From positions 40,858,001-40,922,000 of the forward strand of contig NC_088797.1 in NCBI RefSeq assembly GCF_011386835.1: a DNA stretch of 64,000 bases. Direction: 5' to 3'. Both the position numbers and the translations under genes were made by a program. Below, piece after piece: positions 36,331-50,046 of the stretch. The notes under the pieces are model-generated. The model had not been told where the DNA came from and made no database searches. It saw nothing but the letters and a program-made list of their open reading frames with translations. Within the stretch, counting starts at the first letter, position 1; every line of letters begins with the position of its first letter. Source of the DNA: Chrysemys picta bellii (taxonomy: Eukaryota).

Positions 36331-39300
36331 GGTCAATGTAGAGTGACTGAGATCAGTTGGGGGACAATCAGAGCCAGAGTTTGAGTCCCAGGTGCACACG
36401 CAGAAAAAGTGATTTAATAAAATGCTAGATTCTTTTCAGGGGGACAGTATCCCAGGAACTCCTTGCTAAAATGACCTCAAATTGGGCCCACAAACAATAC
36501 CCAGCACCTTGAGGAGGCAAATTGGAATGGGGAAATTTCAGGACAATCCAAATAAGTATTTAGAACATTTAGAGTCATTCTTTAAACTGAAAGTGCATCT
36601 GAACCTTAACTAAAGCAGAGTTGGCACTCTGCTATGACAATGTAAAAGTGATTGGTATAAGCTTTACAGATAGAAGGAACAAAAGCTGGCATTTTCAGAG
36701 CATGAGGACCCAGCCATACTGAAAAGATAGAATATAAAAATGAGGTAGAGAACTCAGCACTTGAAAGCTCAGAGGAACTGAAAAGACAGATGAATAGCTG
36801 CTTAGAAAGCTATAACAAACCATGGAATGCAAATCACACAAAGACAAAAGATGCAAGAACTTCACACTAAACTGTGCCTTGAAGAGAAACTTAATTTATT
36901 TAATCCACAGTAAACATACTTGGCACTGTGGTTCAAATACTGCTCTCCTAACACAGAAACACAGTAGTCTCCCTGGAACGGTATTTAAACAGACCTCCAG
37001 CTGACAAGGAAAACAACCTTTACAAGCACACATGAATTATACTTGAAAATTGTGGAGTAAATCCAAATAAACAAGAGTAAAGACAAAAACTGGAACCATG
37101 AATGTGAAGTTCAGTCCCATTGATTTCCTCTTGGTTCTTTCGGAAAAGATTCCATAATTATCTAGTTTATGGCACTTAGTTTCACAATGCAAGAATTTCA
37201 TATGTTGCAAACATTCAATATTTATACATTAATACACATAGTGTCAGCATCTCTCCTATTCTTTGACTACTAAAAAGACTGCAACAAAGCAGCACTTCCA
37301 AACTGGATGACACTCCAAATTCCATTTTAAACACTCCATCCTAGAACTGACCGGAGGACAATAATTCCATCCCATGACAACTTTCAAGGTTTCTGTTTTT
37401 GTTCCGCATTACAAAACCTTTCAAATGCTTTTGTGAAATGCAATTATATCAAAACATCTGGGCTTGGCTTGAAAGTTGGGCTTTCCCTTTGGGTCCCTTT
37501 CTTGGGAAGTGGCCAGAGAATTCAACGAGGATCCCAGAAACCTTCCCCATCCCAGTCGATATTTCTCTGTGAAATGTTCTGGCTTTGACAAAATTGCATG
37601 TTTCATCAAAAAACTGTGTTGTCAAAAACTTCCAACCCGATCCACTCCATTACACCATCTTGCCATTTTTCTCATTAGATCTCAGTCTCAACTTCACTCT
37701 TTTCTCCTAATCTATAAGGAGGGGCGGGGGCTGCATTTTTTTAAATAATGCAGGATGAAGCATAGATATAGATTGATTGCAATCACTTTGCAATGGGGGG
37801 AAAGTTCACCTGTGAAAGTGTAACACTGAATGCTCCCCTCCCAAGACATTCTAAACTTAGCCTAGATACAACAGCAGAGTGGGAGGCACACTACTGGGCC
37901 ACACGTGTCTTTTAAGAAGGTTCCCTGTGTTTCAAAGGCTGACTAAGAACCATAACACGATGTGTGCTCGGCAATCACCATGGCAACAGTGGATTTCTTT
38001 ACAAATGGAAATGGTATAGCAAATAGGCATGTAAAAACCCCTTGTAAACTGACAAACAAGCTACTGCTGCCCTGGGTTAAAAGAGCTTGCATACCCTCTT
38101 TCTATTAATTTTTTCCATGAATAAACAAGGGATGGGGGACATGTGTTCACAGTGGCATGTGAGAAAGCCACGTACATGCACAAATCGTGTTAACACAGGC
38201 CTTGGAAAACAGAAGCAGCAATGTTTAAGCAGCATGCCTGGCCCCTCTCCTCATTAGATTTGTGCAGACCTGGAGGTTGGTAACTCTGGCTCCCTTAGGA
38301 ATTCGACACTGGGGGAAAGTCACTGTGATGTATTGCAGGAGAAGAATGCAAAATGTACACTCATTATTAAGACTCTCTGAATAACATCAGTTGTCAAAAA
38401 TATGCAGGAAGGCAGAACAATCCTAATCAAAGCTGGACAAAACAAACTTTTCAAGTTCTCAGATAAACATTTGACAGTCAGATTTGTGAACTGACTTTCA
38501 ATTGAGCAAGCTTACTAAAGTCATTGCAGTATATGGGTCTATTATACATGGCGGAGAACAACTCAAAGAACAAGGAGACCAGAACTTCATGGAATCCTAA
38601 TAGTTTTCTCAGTTAGTCCACCCTACTTCATCAGACAAATAGGGGTGTCAGATTTTATTTCCACTGCTCTCCCTTCACTTCCCAATCACTTGTGTTTATT
38701 ATACAAGTATCTACATTTCAGTAACAAGAAGTTCAAAATCAGCAACTTGATCTATTTTTCCAAATGTCTTTAAATGTGACTGTCCCCTTCCAGTTGTTAG
38801 TTATTACCTAGCCATACTATTTCATTAGAGTGATCTTTACATGATTCAATAGCTTCAGAAGCTACAGGGAAGTAACTTGAAGGCTCACTGTGTTGTCATG
38901 TCAAAATATACTTTTGCTGAAAATGTTTTACAGTTCACCGGACAGAGGGGAGTACTTCAAAAAACGAATGTTGACAAAAAGTCCCAAACCCCTTTTTCAA
39001 CTCCATTACATCTTTGGGTCCATCTAATGTCATAACCGCCTCCAGGAGTAACATAGTCTAATGTTTATTATGCTGTCAACCCCAGTAAGTGAAGCGCTGT
39101 CTGCAACCTGTCAGCTATGTAGAGCTGTGTCATTTTCTCTCTTAGATACCAGGCAAATGACAGTCATAATTGTTATGTTCCGCTAATCTGTCATCAAGGT
39201 CTCAGTTTAACCCAGCATTTATATGATGATCTCTTCTATAGAAGTGACTAAAAAGGCACATTCTCTTCTTTTAAGAATTTATTGCTGCTTTAAAATGTTT

Positions 39301-39834
39301 AGAGATTTTTCATTCTTCTATGCTGTTTTATTTGCAAAGATACCAAATATGTCAACCCATTTTTATTGTTTTTTTATTTTAAAAAAGGAGAAGCAGATTA
39401 TCTGAACCATTCCACTGAGATTTATTATTGGGAATACACTCTAAGGGTGCACGATGTCAAAAATGCTCATTCTTTGTCAAACTCTGCTCCCGTTGAAATC
39501 AATGGTAAACTCCCATTGATTTCCATGGGGGCAGAATCAGGCCAGTGCTGAACACTTTTGAAAATCCAACTGTGACATGCTAAGGTGTCTCTAAAATATA
39601 CATAAACAAACAACCATTCCCCCACCCACCTCGCCCCCCTCCCACAACTACAGTATACTACAACTACTATGAATTATTATTTTTAATGCCATTAAGGAAT
39701 TTCAAATTGAAACGCATCTATTTACAATCTGCTACATTTTGGTGTATTCCAACTTTGAATGTAATGAAAAATTGGAAGCACCAAAGATTTCCACCTCAGA
39801 GATACAATGAACACGGAGCAAGTTTTGAACATTA

Positions 39835-39984
<150 letters not shown>

Positions 39985-40232
39985 CTAGCGAGAAGAAGTA
40001 AAACATCAGAAAATGTTTTGTTTCCCGAACAAAAACAACAAGAAGACGGTGTTGTTTCTCTGGTAGTAATCCAGATATAAATACACACACAATCTTATGC
40101 ACCCGCTGAATGCTACTTTGAGACCTAATATCCATGCTGGTCTTCTGCAGAGGGATGAATTTCATCCCCAAGCATATTCCTTCTTAAAGAATTTAGCCCC
40201 GGTAGGAAAATGGGCAAACACTTCATCACAAA

Positions 40233-40630
40233 TAGAGCTGGGTGAATAATGGATTTTTCAGTTCACTGGCAATTCTGGGTGGGCGGGAGGGAACAGAAAA
40301 AAAATCATTTGGGATCAAACCGATTTTTTTTTTTTAATTTTGGGGAAATAAAAGAGTTGAAAAAAGTATTTCAGGTCAAACAAAATGTTTTGTTTCAATT
40401 TTGCCATTTTAAAACTATTGATTTTTTAAAAATACTATTAAATGACATTTTGAAACAGAAAGTAAATTTTTGCATTGACACTATTGAAATGAAACATTTC
40501 AATTTAAAAACAATTTTTTTTAGTGTTTTTGTTTGTTTGTTTTACTGAAATATTTGGTGAATTTGCAAACTGTTGCTGAATCTGCCTTTTTCGGGGGGGA
40601 AAAATGGTCAACAAATTTCACCCAACTCCC
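40233..40630. mobile_element. AT-rich hAT MITE
   Basis: Termini TAGAGCTGGGTGAA / TTCACCCAACTCCC; 8-bp TSD ATCACAAA / GTCACAAA. Confidence 0.7.
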
Positions 40631-41664
40631 GTCACAAACATATTGGGACATTCTCTCTAAGTAAATTACTATGGCTCACTGCATAATAGTTAAACCAGAT
40701 ATGGTACAGTAGAGAAATTATTTGACTTGCCAGAAAATAATGTGCTGTATTACCTGTTAACTATGCAGCAACCAATATTGGAAACAATGGTACTCTTATT
40801 ACTGGTACTCAATGTGTTTGGAAAAGTCAGAACAATAGAAAGTATAACCAAGGGAAGGAAATGTGGATTTCCCCCACACCTTTCCATTCAAGAGTCTTAT
40901 ACAGTCTGTTTTTTTTGCAATCAATTACTGAACACAGATTATTAGAAATCACACACCATACAAGTAGTTGATTAATAAGTAAAACAGGCATAACATTTTA
41001 CTGTGAACTATCAAGTCTCTAAAACCCACTTCTTCAAACAAACCCACTGTGGTAGGAATGTGCCTACCCCAAAGCAACCCTCCCTCCCCCGGCTAACTGG
41101 GGCTCTCCAAGCATTCTCTGCCTCAGTCTCCTTCCCAAAGGCTCTGTGTCTCAGTGCAAAGGCTGCAGTTCTCTCTCTCAAACCTGATAGATCCTAGGCA
41201 ATCCTCAGGAGGCCTAGACTATTCAAATTGGTCTGTGTGAGAGATGTGGCTCGCCCTCTGGCCAAGTTACAAACAAAATTTGACACTCTCTTCCTCAATA
41301 AACCCACACCCTCTCTCTGCTAACCTGCCATGATGGGCAGTATTTTGGCTTGTATTTGTTTGTTTTGTTTCATTTAGATGATAAGATCTTTGGGCATGGA
41401 AAGTATCTTGTGTCTGTAAAGTACTATGTATATTTGTACCACAACACATGTTTTATAACACAATATCATGCCAAGCTTTTGCTTTGAGATTTGAAGTATT
41501 CTGTGTAATCCTCCTATAAAAGGTAAAGTTAAGAACGAGTTTATAAATAAAGCTGCCAGGACACAGAAATACCTCCAGTCCTGAGCTCTAAGGTGATGCA
41601 GTTAGCTATACAATGAGACGAGCTCAGCATCACTCTCTGTGATGTGCATGGGGCAGCCCCAGCA

Positions 41665-42215
41665 CCATCATAGAAATGTAGAAATATATGGCTGGAAGGG
41701 ACCTTGAGATAAGTCATTGATTCCAGCCCCCTGCGCTGAAGCAGGACCAAGTAAACCTAGATCATCCCTGACAGGTGTTTGTCCAATCTGTTTTTAAAAA
41801 CCTCCAATGACTGGAGATTCCACAACCTTACTGGGAAGCCTGTCCCAGAGCTTAACTACCCTTAGTTAGAAAGTTTTTCCTAATATCTAACCTAAATCTC
41901 CCTTGCTGCAGATTAAGCCCATTACTTCTTATCTGACCTCCAGCGGACATGGAGAACAAGTGACCCCTGTCCTCTTTATAACAGCCCTTAACATATTTGA
42001 AGACTGTTATCAGGTCCCCACCTCAGTCTTCTCCTTTCTCAAGACAAGATTAAACATGCACGGTTTTTTTAAAAAACTTTTCCTCGTAGGTGAGGTTATC
42101 TAAACCTTTTATTATTTTTGTTGCTCTCTTTTGGACTCTCTCCAATTTATCCACCTCTTTCCTAAAGTCTGGTCCCCAGAACTGGACACAGTCCTCCAGC
42201 TGAGGCCATCTTCCT
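41665..42215 (-). mobile_element. CR1 3' fragment
   Basis: Plus strand shows CATAGAAATGTAGAAA...GGAAGGGACCTTGAGA, AAACCTCCAATGACTGGAGATTCCACAAC, and CAGAACTGGACACAGTCCTCCAGCTGAGG (reverse complement of the PHLE-CVQFW motif). Confidence 0.85.
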
Positions 42216-42709
42216 GCCCTCTCAACCATTTTCCTTTAGACTCTTCTCCATGGCTCCAGGGTTTGTACTGAGACACAGGATGGAGGCTGAGCAAGCCAGA
42301 GAGAAGGAATGGGAAGAGCAGCATTGGGCACACATGTTGCCTGTCTCTAGTCCCATGGATAGCTGTATTATCTTCTCCATGGAGTCACCCTTAGAGGTCT
42401 TGGGGGCGATGGCTGGAGGGTGTCCAACAGAGCCACACTGCCAGATGGGAGAAGGCAACGAGGGCCAGAGCCTGTGTGGAGGCACAGGGCCTCTGCTTGA
42501 GTAGTCTAGGCCTCCTGAGGATTGCCTAGGATCTATCAGGTTTGAGAGAGAGAACTGCAGCCTTTTCAATGGGAATTTGGGAGTGGGTTCTCCAAGAGGG
42601 GATGATTCCCTCTGCAGGAGGGGACGATCTGGGCCAACGATGGCTGTTTAATTGTTTAATCAGGATGTCAGGGTAATACATTCCTCTCAAACAGGCATGT
42701 CCCAAGGTC

Positions 42710-43090
42710 TGATGAAAGGACTAGGAGACAGGGAATCCTGAGTTCTAATCCCAGCATGGACACTAACTCGCTCTGTAGCAGTAAATCACTTAGGCATAAA
42801 TTTTGAGATGCGACTAGTGATTTTGTTGTCTCAGTCTCGGGGTGCTCACACTGAGACAGAATGGGCCTAGTTTTCAGAAAGTGCTGAGCATCCAACCCCT
42901 AAAAATCAGTCTGCTTCTTTGTGTCTCAGATTGGGCACCCAAAAACAGAGTTACTTAAAATCACTAATCCCCTTTGAAAATGTAGGCCATGTCTTCTGCC
43001 TCAGTTTCCTCTCTGTAAAATGGAGATGACACTTCAGAAGACTGCATGGATTAATTAAGGATTCAATAAAAATGGAAAGCCTTGTTCATG
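42710..43090 (+). mobile_element. MIR-like SINE interrupted by a ~200-bp palindromic repeat
   Basis: Head CCTGAGTTCTAATCCCAGC; the core GCCTCAGTTTCCTCTCTGTAAAATGG resumes after an insert at ~42790-42990. Confidence 0.5.
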
Positions 43091-44928
43091 TGCTAAGTAC
43101 GGTTACTGTTCACTACTGATGGAGAAGCCATCTCCTAGGACCAAGTGATTCAACGCTCACTAACCCGGTGCTTCAAAGGGACAAAATTCCATACAGCTTT
43201 TTTTTCTTAATGAGGCTGACAAATAAAAAAACGTGAATAAAAGGAAATAAGGATGAAACGCAGTGAATGAGACTGATCCTGCAGCTCTCTCCTGGCTTCA
43301 GTGACAGCTCAGTGCATGGAGATGCCACAGGATCTAGCCCAACAAGATTTCTGTGCTTTTTTGTTCATTCATTTCTGCAATTTCAGTCTCTGTGCGTTGC
43401 ATTCCCTTCCCTCCCCTAAAATTAATGGCTGCTGTTAATACCAATAGTCACGTAATCAGGTCAAATAGCTGACGCTGGGGTCACCGTACCTGAATTGAAA
43501 GAGTAACATTTTCTTGGATCCTCCTTCATTATGTCATATTACTTCACAATCTGTCATCTCATGCAACCTGCCATTGCACCATATCATTTTACATCAGCAT
43601 GCAGACTGCCCTTTCAGACACAGAGATATTCTTCCCAGAGTGCACCAGTCAAACTTCGCAATACACACAGTTTTCTACTGAGGGTGCAATTACAGCTCCT
43701 ATAAGCCTGAGCTTCAAAGAGGGGGAGGAGGAACCTTAGAAATTCATACTTCCACAGGCAAGGAAGGAGAGAAGAGAAGATCAGCCAAGGATACCTCTGC
43801 ATAACAGCAATGCAGTTATCACTCCCCCAATACAGCCATCCTGGCATGGAGGGTAAATGCCCTCACTGGGACCTTTGGCATTGCTGAAGGTATTGGAAAC
43901 CTCACCCCCAGCTCCTTGATTTTCAGTCTGTAAGAGCCAAAATACAGCTGGTACCTGTGCAGCAGCATTAAGGGAGGGTGGGAGGGCTCTCTGAGGTCTC
44001 TCCTCCCTCTACCACTGCCTTGCAGGGAGAGAGGTACCATAGCACATCATTTCTACCACACGCCTATGAATCCAATCCAAACCACAGGTAAGAGGATAAA
44101 CAAGAGGAGTGGCTGATAAGAGAGAGGCCTGTGGACAGGTGGGAAGGATCTGGAGTGTTTACAGGTTGTGGCAGCCCTTTGGGCCAGTTGGCATTGCTAT
44201 TAAAATAAAAACAAGGGCGACTTTTCGGCACTCATAAAGCGATGGAGCTGCTGGAGTTCCATGCTCTTCTTGAGCTGAAATGACCAGTGAAAGATGCTGG
44301 ATTTGTGATGTGCTGAAATGGGGGCTGGGATAGGAACCCCCCAAACTTAGTTCCATTATCGGCTATCGTCCAATTTTCAGCTTGCTTCTCCAGGCCTGCT
44401 GAGCCCCCGGATCCCTCAGGGTTCCAGTTTTGGAATTCTCATTATATTTGTGTTTATCATGCTGTACAGCACCCAGGGACGTGACAGGGGTGGCTTTAGA
44501 AATCAAAGTGGTGTTATTATTATCACTACATCTGCAGGCATTAAAAGTTTGCCTGAAATTGTTTTCTTTTCTTTCAACATGTCAAACCTCTCTGAATATA
44601 AATGTGAACACAACTGTTTCTAATTACGTTGAATCCTGTTTTAATTGACTTTAATTGCTTGGTGTGTTAATTAGCATGCCGATGCTCGGAATGCTTTTTC
44701 CAGCTCTCAGCGATGTCGGAGCCATGCTGGTGTCTGAGCACTTGGGAACAAAATAAATGTTTCGGACACACCCGTGTCAGCACCAAGTTCTTTTATTACA
44801 ATATGACAAAGGGCCAGATTGACAAAGGTATTGAGGCACCCAAAGATGCAGTTAGGCACCTACTGGGATTTTTAAAAGCTCTTATGCAGGTTGGGCACCT
44901 AATTCCCATAGAAAGTCAGTAGGACTCA

Positions 44929-45308
44929 GGCTGCGTCTACACAATTCTGCAGTGCAGACTACGGTGTGTGTGTGTGTATGTGTGTGAAGTGCATGCTGTA
45001 ACTCCCCTGCGTGTAGGGCCGAATTTACACCTGATGCGCCCCTAGGCACAGCACTGTCAGCACTCCCCTGCCCACAGCTGACCTTCATGTTTTCTGTAAA
45101 AAATGAAACTTTTAACCCACTTTTAAATTTTAGACATCCCTAGGCACTGTGCCTAATTGGAAATCCGGCCCTGCCTGTGTGGGCACTGCTGGTACAAACT
45201 AAAAAGTACCTCATTCATGTTAACATAGCCCTGTGGACTAGCTACCTTGTTGCACCAGCAGCGTGCACATGGGGCATGCACTGCAATTCACGCCATGTAG
45301 ACAAGCCC
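44929..45308. mobile_element. PIF/Harbinger-like MITE containing a nested hAT MITE
   Basis: TCA|GGCTGCGTCTACAC ... ATGTAGACAAGCCC|TTA. Confidence 0.65.
45014..45173. mobile_element. hAT MITE nested in the Harbinger-like MITE
   Basis: TIRs TAGGGCCGAATTT / AAATCCGGCCCTG; 8-bp TSD CCTGCGTG / CCTGTGTG (one CpG transition). Confidence 0.8.
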
Positions 45309-46794
45309 TTAGGCTCTTAAGTAACTATATCTCATTTGAAAATGGATCTTGGGTTCCTAAATCGCGTAGGGCTAGATTTTCAAAGGTATTTAGGCAGCTA
45401 AAAACTTCAATGGTAGTTAGATACACAGCGCCACATTTTTAAAGGTGTGTAGGTGCCTACTGGAATTTTCAAAAGCACACCCATTGAACTCAATGCCTTT
45501 TAGACACGTACGAGCTTTTGAAAATCCCACAAGGCAACTATCTGCCCCTTTGAGTGCCTAAATACCTTTGAAAATCTGGTCCTCAGCTACTCTGAAAATT
45601 TTACTCTAAGTGAAAAGCTAGTCTTTGGGATGGCCAGACCAACAACCACCGCATACAGATTGTGATGCAGCAGGCTCAACTTGTGAGAGATGGCAATAGG
45701 TAAAACTAACCCCAGGAGGAAACATAGATTACATCATTAACCTGTTGAGAGAGAGGAAGAAGCACTTAGCACAATGAATTTAGCCACACAGCCAGAAAAG
45801 TTAAAAATAGACTGCTCAGGCCGCAGCTACAACAGAACATGTCAGCTTGATGTTCACAGGCTACATCACGGCAACTTTTATCAGGATGAATCTTAAATAG
45901 GGAACTGGCTGCAGTGAACTTTAATCCTTTGCTTCGCTCTTGCTGTGACCACAGCTGAACTGCCCTTTGGTGGGGAAGGAAGAATTTTCATACACTGGTA
46001 AGTTTCATTACCTCCTGTCACCACAAGATAATACAATTACGTTGCTATGATGTCAGTGACATTAAAACTTTAGATGGTTCCAATTGCTTCCTGTGTAAAT
46101 ACTTACTGGCCATCACCACAGGTTGGATGGTACAGAACACAAAACAATATGCCAGATCATGGGAAATGAGATTGTCTGAACTGCATTCTGTGTTTTATCT
46201 ATACTGTAATACAAGGTTTTTTTACAAAATGAAAGTGTTCAAGTTCACTTAGGCCCAGATTTTTAAACCTATTTAGGTGTTGCTGCCCACAGCATTGCAT
46301 TACCTAACTGATTTAGGTGCCTACAGCTCATTGTCAGGGCAAGCACCCCCATTAATATGCCTGAACCCTGCTTTTGAGAGATGCACCTTTACGGTAGTGG
46401 TTCAGTCTCCCTGTCTACTGCATCCTTCACCTCTCCTGAGAATGCAAAAAGGGATGCCAGTTAGTGCTCTTTGTGGTGTACTGTAGACACCTCTCCTCTT
46501 ATACTTGGATTGACACTACTAACGTATTTCAGACTGACTACTGAACAGTCGGCAAGTGGTGATGACCTGCAGCACTTGTCTACAAAGGGAAATGGACCAG
46601 CAGAACTACAGTGGTACAATTATACCCCTAGAATTATACCCAGTATAAATCCCTGTGTGGACACACTATTCCAGAATGAAAGTGATTTTCATTTAATTAT
46701 TTTTGCATATCTTATGTTGCACAAAAATAGTCACTTTTATTCCAGAATAAAGAGTCCATACAAGGAGTTATACCAGCATAACTCTAGAGGTATA

Positions 46795-47175
46795 AAGAAC
46801 GACCAGTACTTGTGGCACCTTAGAGACTAACAAATTTATTTAAGCCTAAGCTTTCGTGGGCTAAAACCCACTTCATCCGATGCATGCAGTGGAAAATACA
46901 GTAGGAAGATATATATATGCACACAGAGAACATAAAAAAATGGGTGTTGCCATACCAACTATAACGAGAGTAATCAGTTAAGTTGGGCTATTGTCAGCAG
47001 GAGAAAAAAAAACTTTCATAGTGATAATCAGGATGGCCCATTTCCAACAATTGACAAGAAGGTGTGAGTAACAGTAGGAGGAATAGTTCTACTTTGTGTA
47101 ATGACCCATCCACTCCCAGTCTTTATTCAAACCTAATTTAATGTTGTCTAGTTTGCAAATTAATTCCAATTCAGC
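46795..47175 (-). mobile_element. Penelope-like element 3' end (ORF C-terminus, 3' UTR, pLTR with hammerhead-like motif)
   Basis: Minus 47175-47089 translates to AELELICKLDNIKLGLNKDWEWMGHYTK*, which I recognise as a PLE ORF C-terminus. Hammerhead-like motif at 46844-46883. Confidence 0.85.
46844..46883 (-). ncRNA. Degenerate minimal hammerhead ribozyme motif
   Basis: RNA GCAU-CGGAUGA-A-GUGGG-UUUUAG-CCCAC-GAAA-GCUU-AGGC has a perfect 5-bp stem II, GAAA and a palindromic stem III. U4 is changed to G and stem I has one mismatch. Confidence 0.65.
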
Positions 47176-47242
47176 TGGTCAATTTCCCCATGTGGACAAG
47201 GCCTAAGGCACTACCCGTCTGGGCTAGATTTATACTAAGAAC

Positions 47243-47533
47243 CAGTGGCGGCTCCAGGCACCAGTGCTCCAAGCGTGTGCCTGGGGTGGCAAGCTGCAGG
47301 GGGCGCCTTGCGGGTCCCTGCGAGGGCGGCAGTCAGGCAGCCTTCAGCGGCATGCCTGCGGGAGGTCTGCCAGTCCTGCAGATTTGGCGGCGGGTACGCT
47401 GAAGCTGCAGAACCGGCAGACCTCCCACAGGCACAGCGCCAAATCCGTGGGACCAGGGACCTCCCGCAGGCATGCCGCCGAAAGCCGCCTGCCTGCCGTG
47501 CTTGGGGCGGCAAAAAAGCTAGAGCCGCCCATG
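47243..47533. mobile_element. GC-rich hAT MITE (related to 34096-34281)
   Basis: TIRs CAGTGGCGGCTCCAG / CTAGAGCCGCCCATG; TSD CTAAGAAC / CTAAAAAC. Confidence 0.85.
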
Positions 47534-47771
47534 CTAAAAACCTACAAGAGAAAGGTCCAGATCCCATTATCAACTCTTGCAACATCCTGCCCACCCCCCA
47601 CATATTTATTTTATAAATTCAAACTCCCTTCCAAACCGTTGCAGATAATCATACCATACTGTGACATCGTACAAGGTTTTCCCTTTCCAATATCAATGTA
47701 TGCAGCAAAACTGCCAGTTTTGAATATGACAACATGTGAAAGGGTTTTTTTGTTGTTGTTGTTGCTTATAG

Positions 47772-47873
47772 GGAAATGACACACAAAAATGGAGAGAACC
47801 AGCCGAACATCTAACTTCACTATTTGTGCTCTCTGTGTTGCAGTTTTATTCACCATCATCTGCTTTTATCCTG
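47772..47873 (+). other. Candidate host exon (unidentified gene)
   Basis: T-rich tract plus TTATAG acceptor, CTG|GTATGT donor, 102 nt. Open as GNDTQKWREPAEHL..AFIL, or from ATG 47789 as the signal/TM-like MERTSRTSNFTICALCVAVLFTIICFYP. Confidence 0.3.
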
Positions 47874-50046
47874 GTATGTTTATCCACAGAGAGCAATCTG
47901 CTCCAGAATTGTGTTGCGAACCATTCTTAACCAGATTGCTTACAAATGTAGATTTTTTTCTTCCTAAACTCTGATGAGTCATACACGATTGCAAACAGTT
48001 TCTCTTGGAGTAGAAAGCAGTACAAATACCGAGCAGGTAAGAAAAGTGACAGCAATAGGCTCAGAGAGAGGAATATTATGCATCAGAGATAGAGAAAATT
48101 CACTATGAGTTCAATATGGTGAGCTAGAAAATAAAGGCCAGCAAAGGACATTCACTGAAATTACATGAGAAACTTGTTAACTGTGCAGTGTTCAGAGAAA
48201 GCAAAAACTTTCTACATCTGCCATGACATCATCAGAGAAAGATGCACAGATTCTAACACTGCACTATGCATGGATTATTGGCTGTGAGGCCACAGTGTCT
48301 CTCAGAAGTTACAGGAGGTGAACAGGGAAATCACGGTGGGAGATTTGGTTCAGTGCTGCTAACCAGGAGAGGGCAAGAGTGGCGGTCACCCTGAGCATTA
48401 ACTTCCAGTAACTAACTGTAAGTATTTGATATTCAAGGTATGGTGGTCAGTCTTGATTGACCACATAGATCACACAGTGTATTCCTAACTGGAAGAATCA
48501 ATTGTCCATAGCAAAAACTTGCATTTACAAATTCAGACTTAATTTTGTATGTATATTCTTCAACAGTTGCTTAAAATTCACTGTTTTGGCAAAGATTCCT
48601 GACACCAAACTTGTTCGCTAGAATAGAAAGCAAACATAAAAAAGGACACACACATGGTTAGAGAGATTTCCCTGACAAACTTGAACAAACATATCTGATT
48701 TTTTTTTTTTTGCAGTGTTTGCCTCACCTTCTAATCATAGCATTTCCTCCCTAATAAAGAAAAACGTTGAAAGGAGATGAGATTCTAAAGAGAATCATTT
48801 CATGCATTATTCATGCCTTGATAATATCCAATATACTAAATGTTCTACTATGGATTTTCCATATCCAAAAGGAAGGAAAGCTATACGCATTTTTGCTATT
48901 ATGTCATGGTAACATGAAAAAAAAAATCCATGACATAAGAAAACAGAAATGTTGGCAAAATGAGACACAAATGCATCGGTATAAATTACATGAACAATTA
49001 ATCCCATGCACAACTGTGACAATTGTGATAATTGTGCAGGTAACTAGCCAATTATATATCTAACTGGCCATTTGCATGCACAATTACCATAATAAATGAA
49101 CAACCACAACAAATGTGCACTCAGATTACACTCATGCATTTTGCACATGCAATTTTGAGCATGCAGTGCTAAAAAAACTGGGCTGAAAAATGCAGCTCAA
49201 CCGGAGCCTTGAAGCTCAGATCTGAATCTATTGTAGTTTCAAACTTTCCTCTAGTTCTGGGGTATTCATAGGTCACATTACAATTTGGGTTCAATAAAGA
49301 AACAGATCTCTGTCAAACTCAGAGTAACTGCAAAGCAGATCCAGGGCTCTTCTGGGCTCAATTCTAATTAAACAGCCACCTAAGTGAGGCTGCTGACTAT
49401 AAGTGGAGTAGGTTCCACAGGAGAAGGTAACTACACAAAACTGCTTTACCTAGAGGTCAATGTCATAGGCCAGCACTAACTCCTGGGGAATTTGTTCCCC
49501 AATTTTACATAGGGGTTAGCCAGTGGATCCACATAATAACAGACCTACTAGCCATATCCTCAAAACACCCATGTAGTCGTATGGATGGAGCCTGCTCTGA
49601 AAGACTTCGGACCTCCCAGTGCTGGATCCAGTATACTGTCTCACCTGTACAGTGGTATCACACTGCTTCGGCTTCCTACCAGGCCATACATACCCACAGA
49701 GGAGAATTGGCAGATTATCCCCTAGATGATAAATATTTTGGGACGTAACTCAGGAACAAAATATGTTGCCCTTCATCCCTTACCCAACCATTGTCATTGA
49801 CCCTGCATATACCTTGTATATTATTAGCATAAGGGCTAATAGCTGAAGACTGGTGGTGAAAGGTCTGCCCAGGGTGGGGTGGGGAAAGTCAAAACAGTGC
49901 AAGGTCCCCAGAACGCATGGTTGACCTAGGATCATGCCAGCACAGCACCAAAATGGCCAGGAGGGTGCTTGGCTGAGGAATTAAGGGATCTGTTCTGACC
50001 CAGAGCGTGCCCCAGGCAATCTCCTGTGCTTCAGTGAAACCCCAAC

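Noticed and set aside
44394-44623. Possible terminal exon with a hydrophobic stretch (FGILIIFVFIMLY)
   Set aside because: Hydrophobic runs are expected by chance in T-rich DNA, and there is no recognisable homology or partner exon.
47190-47779. Overlapping ORFs of 120-171 aa
   Set aside because: They arise from the GC-rich hAT MITE at 47243-47533.
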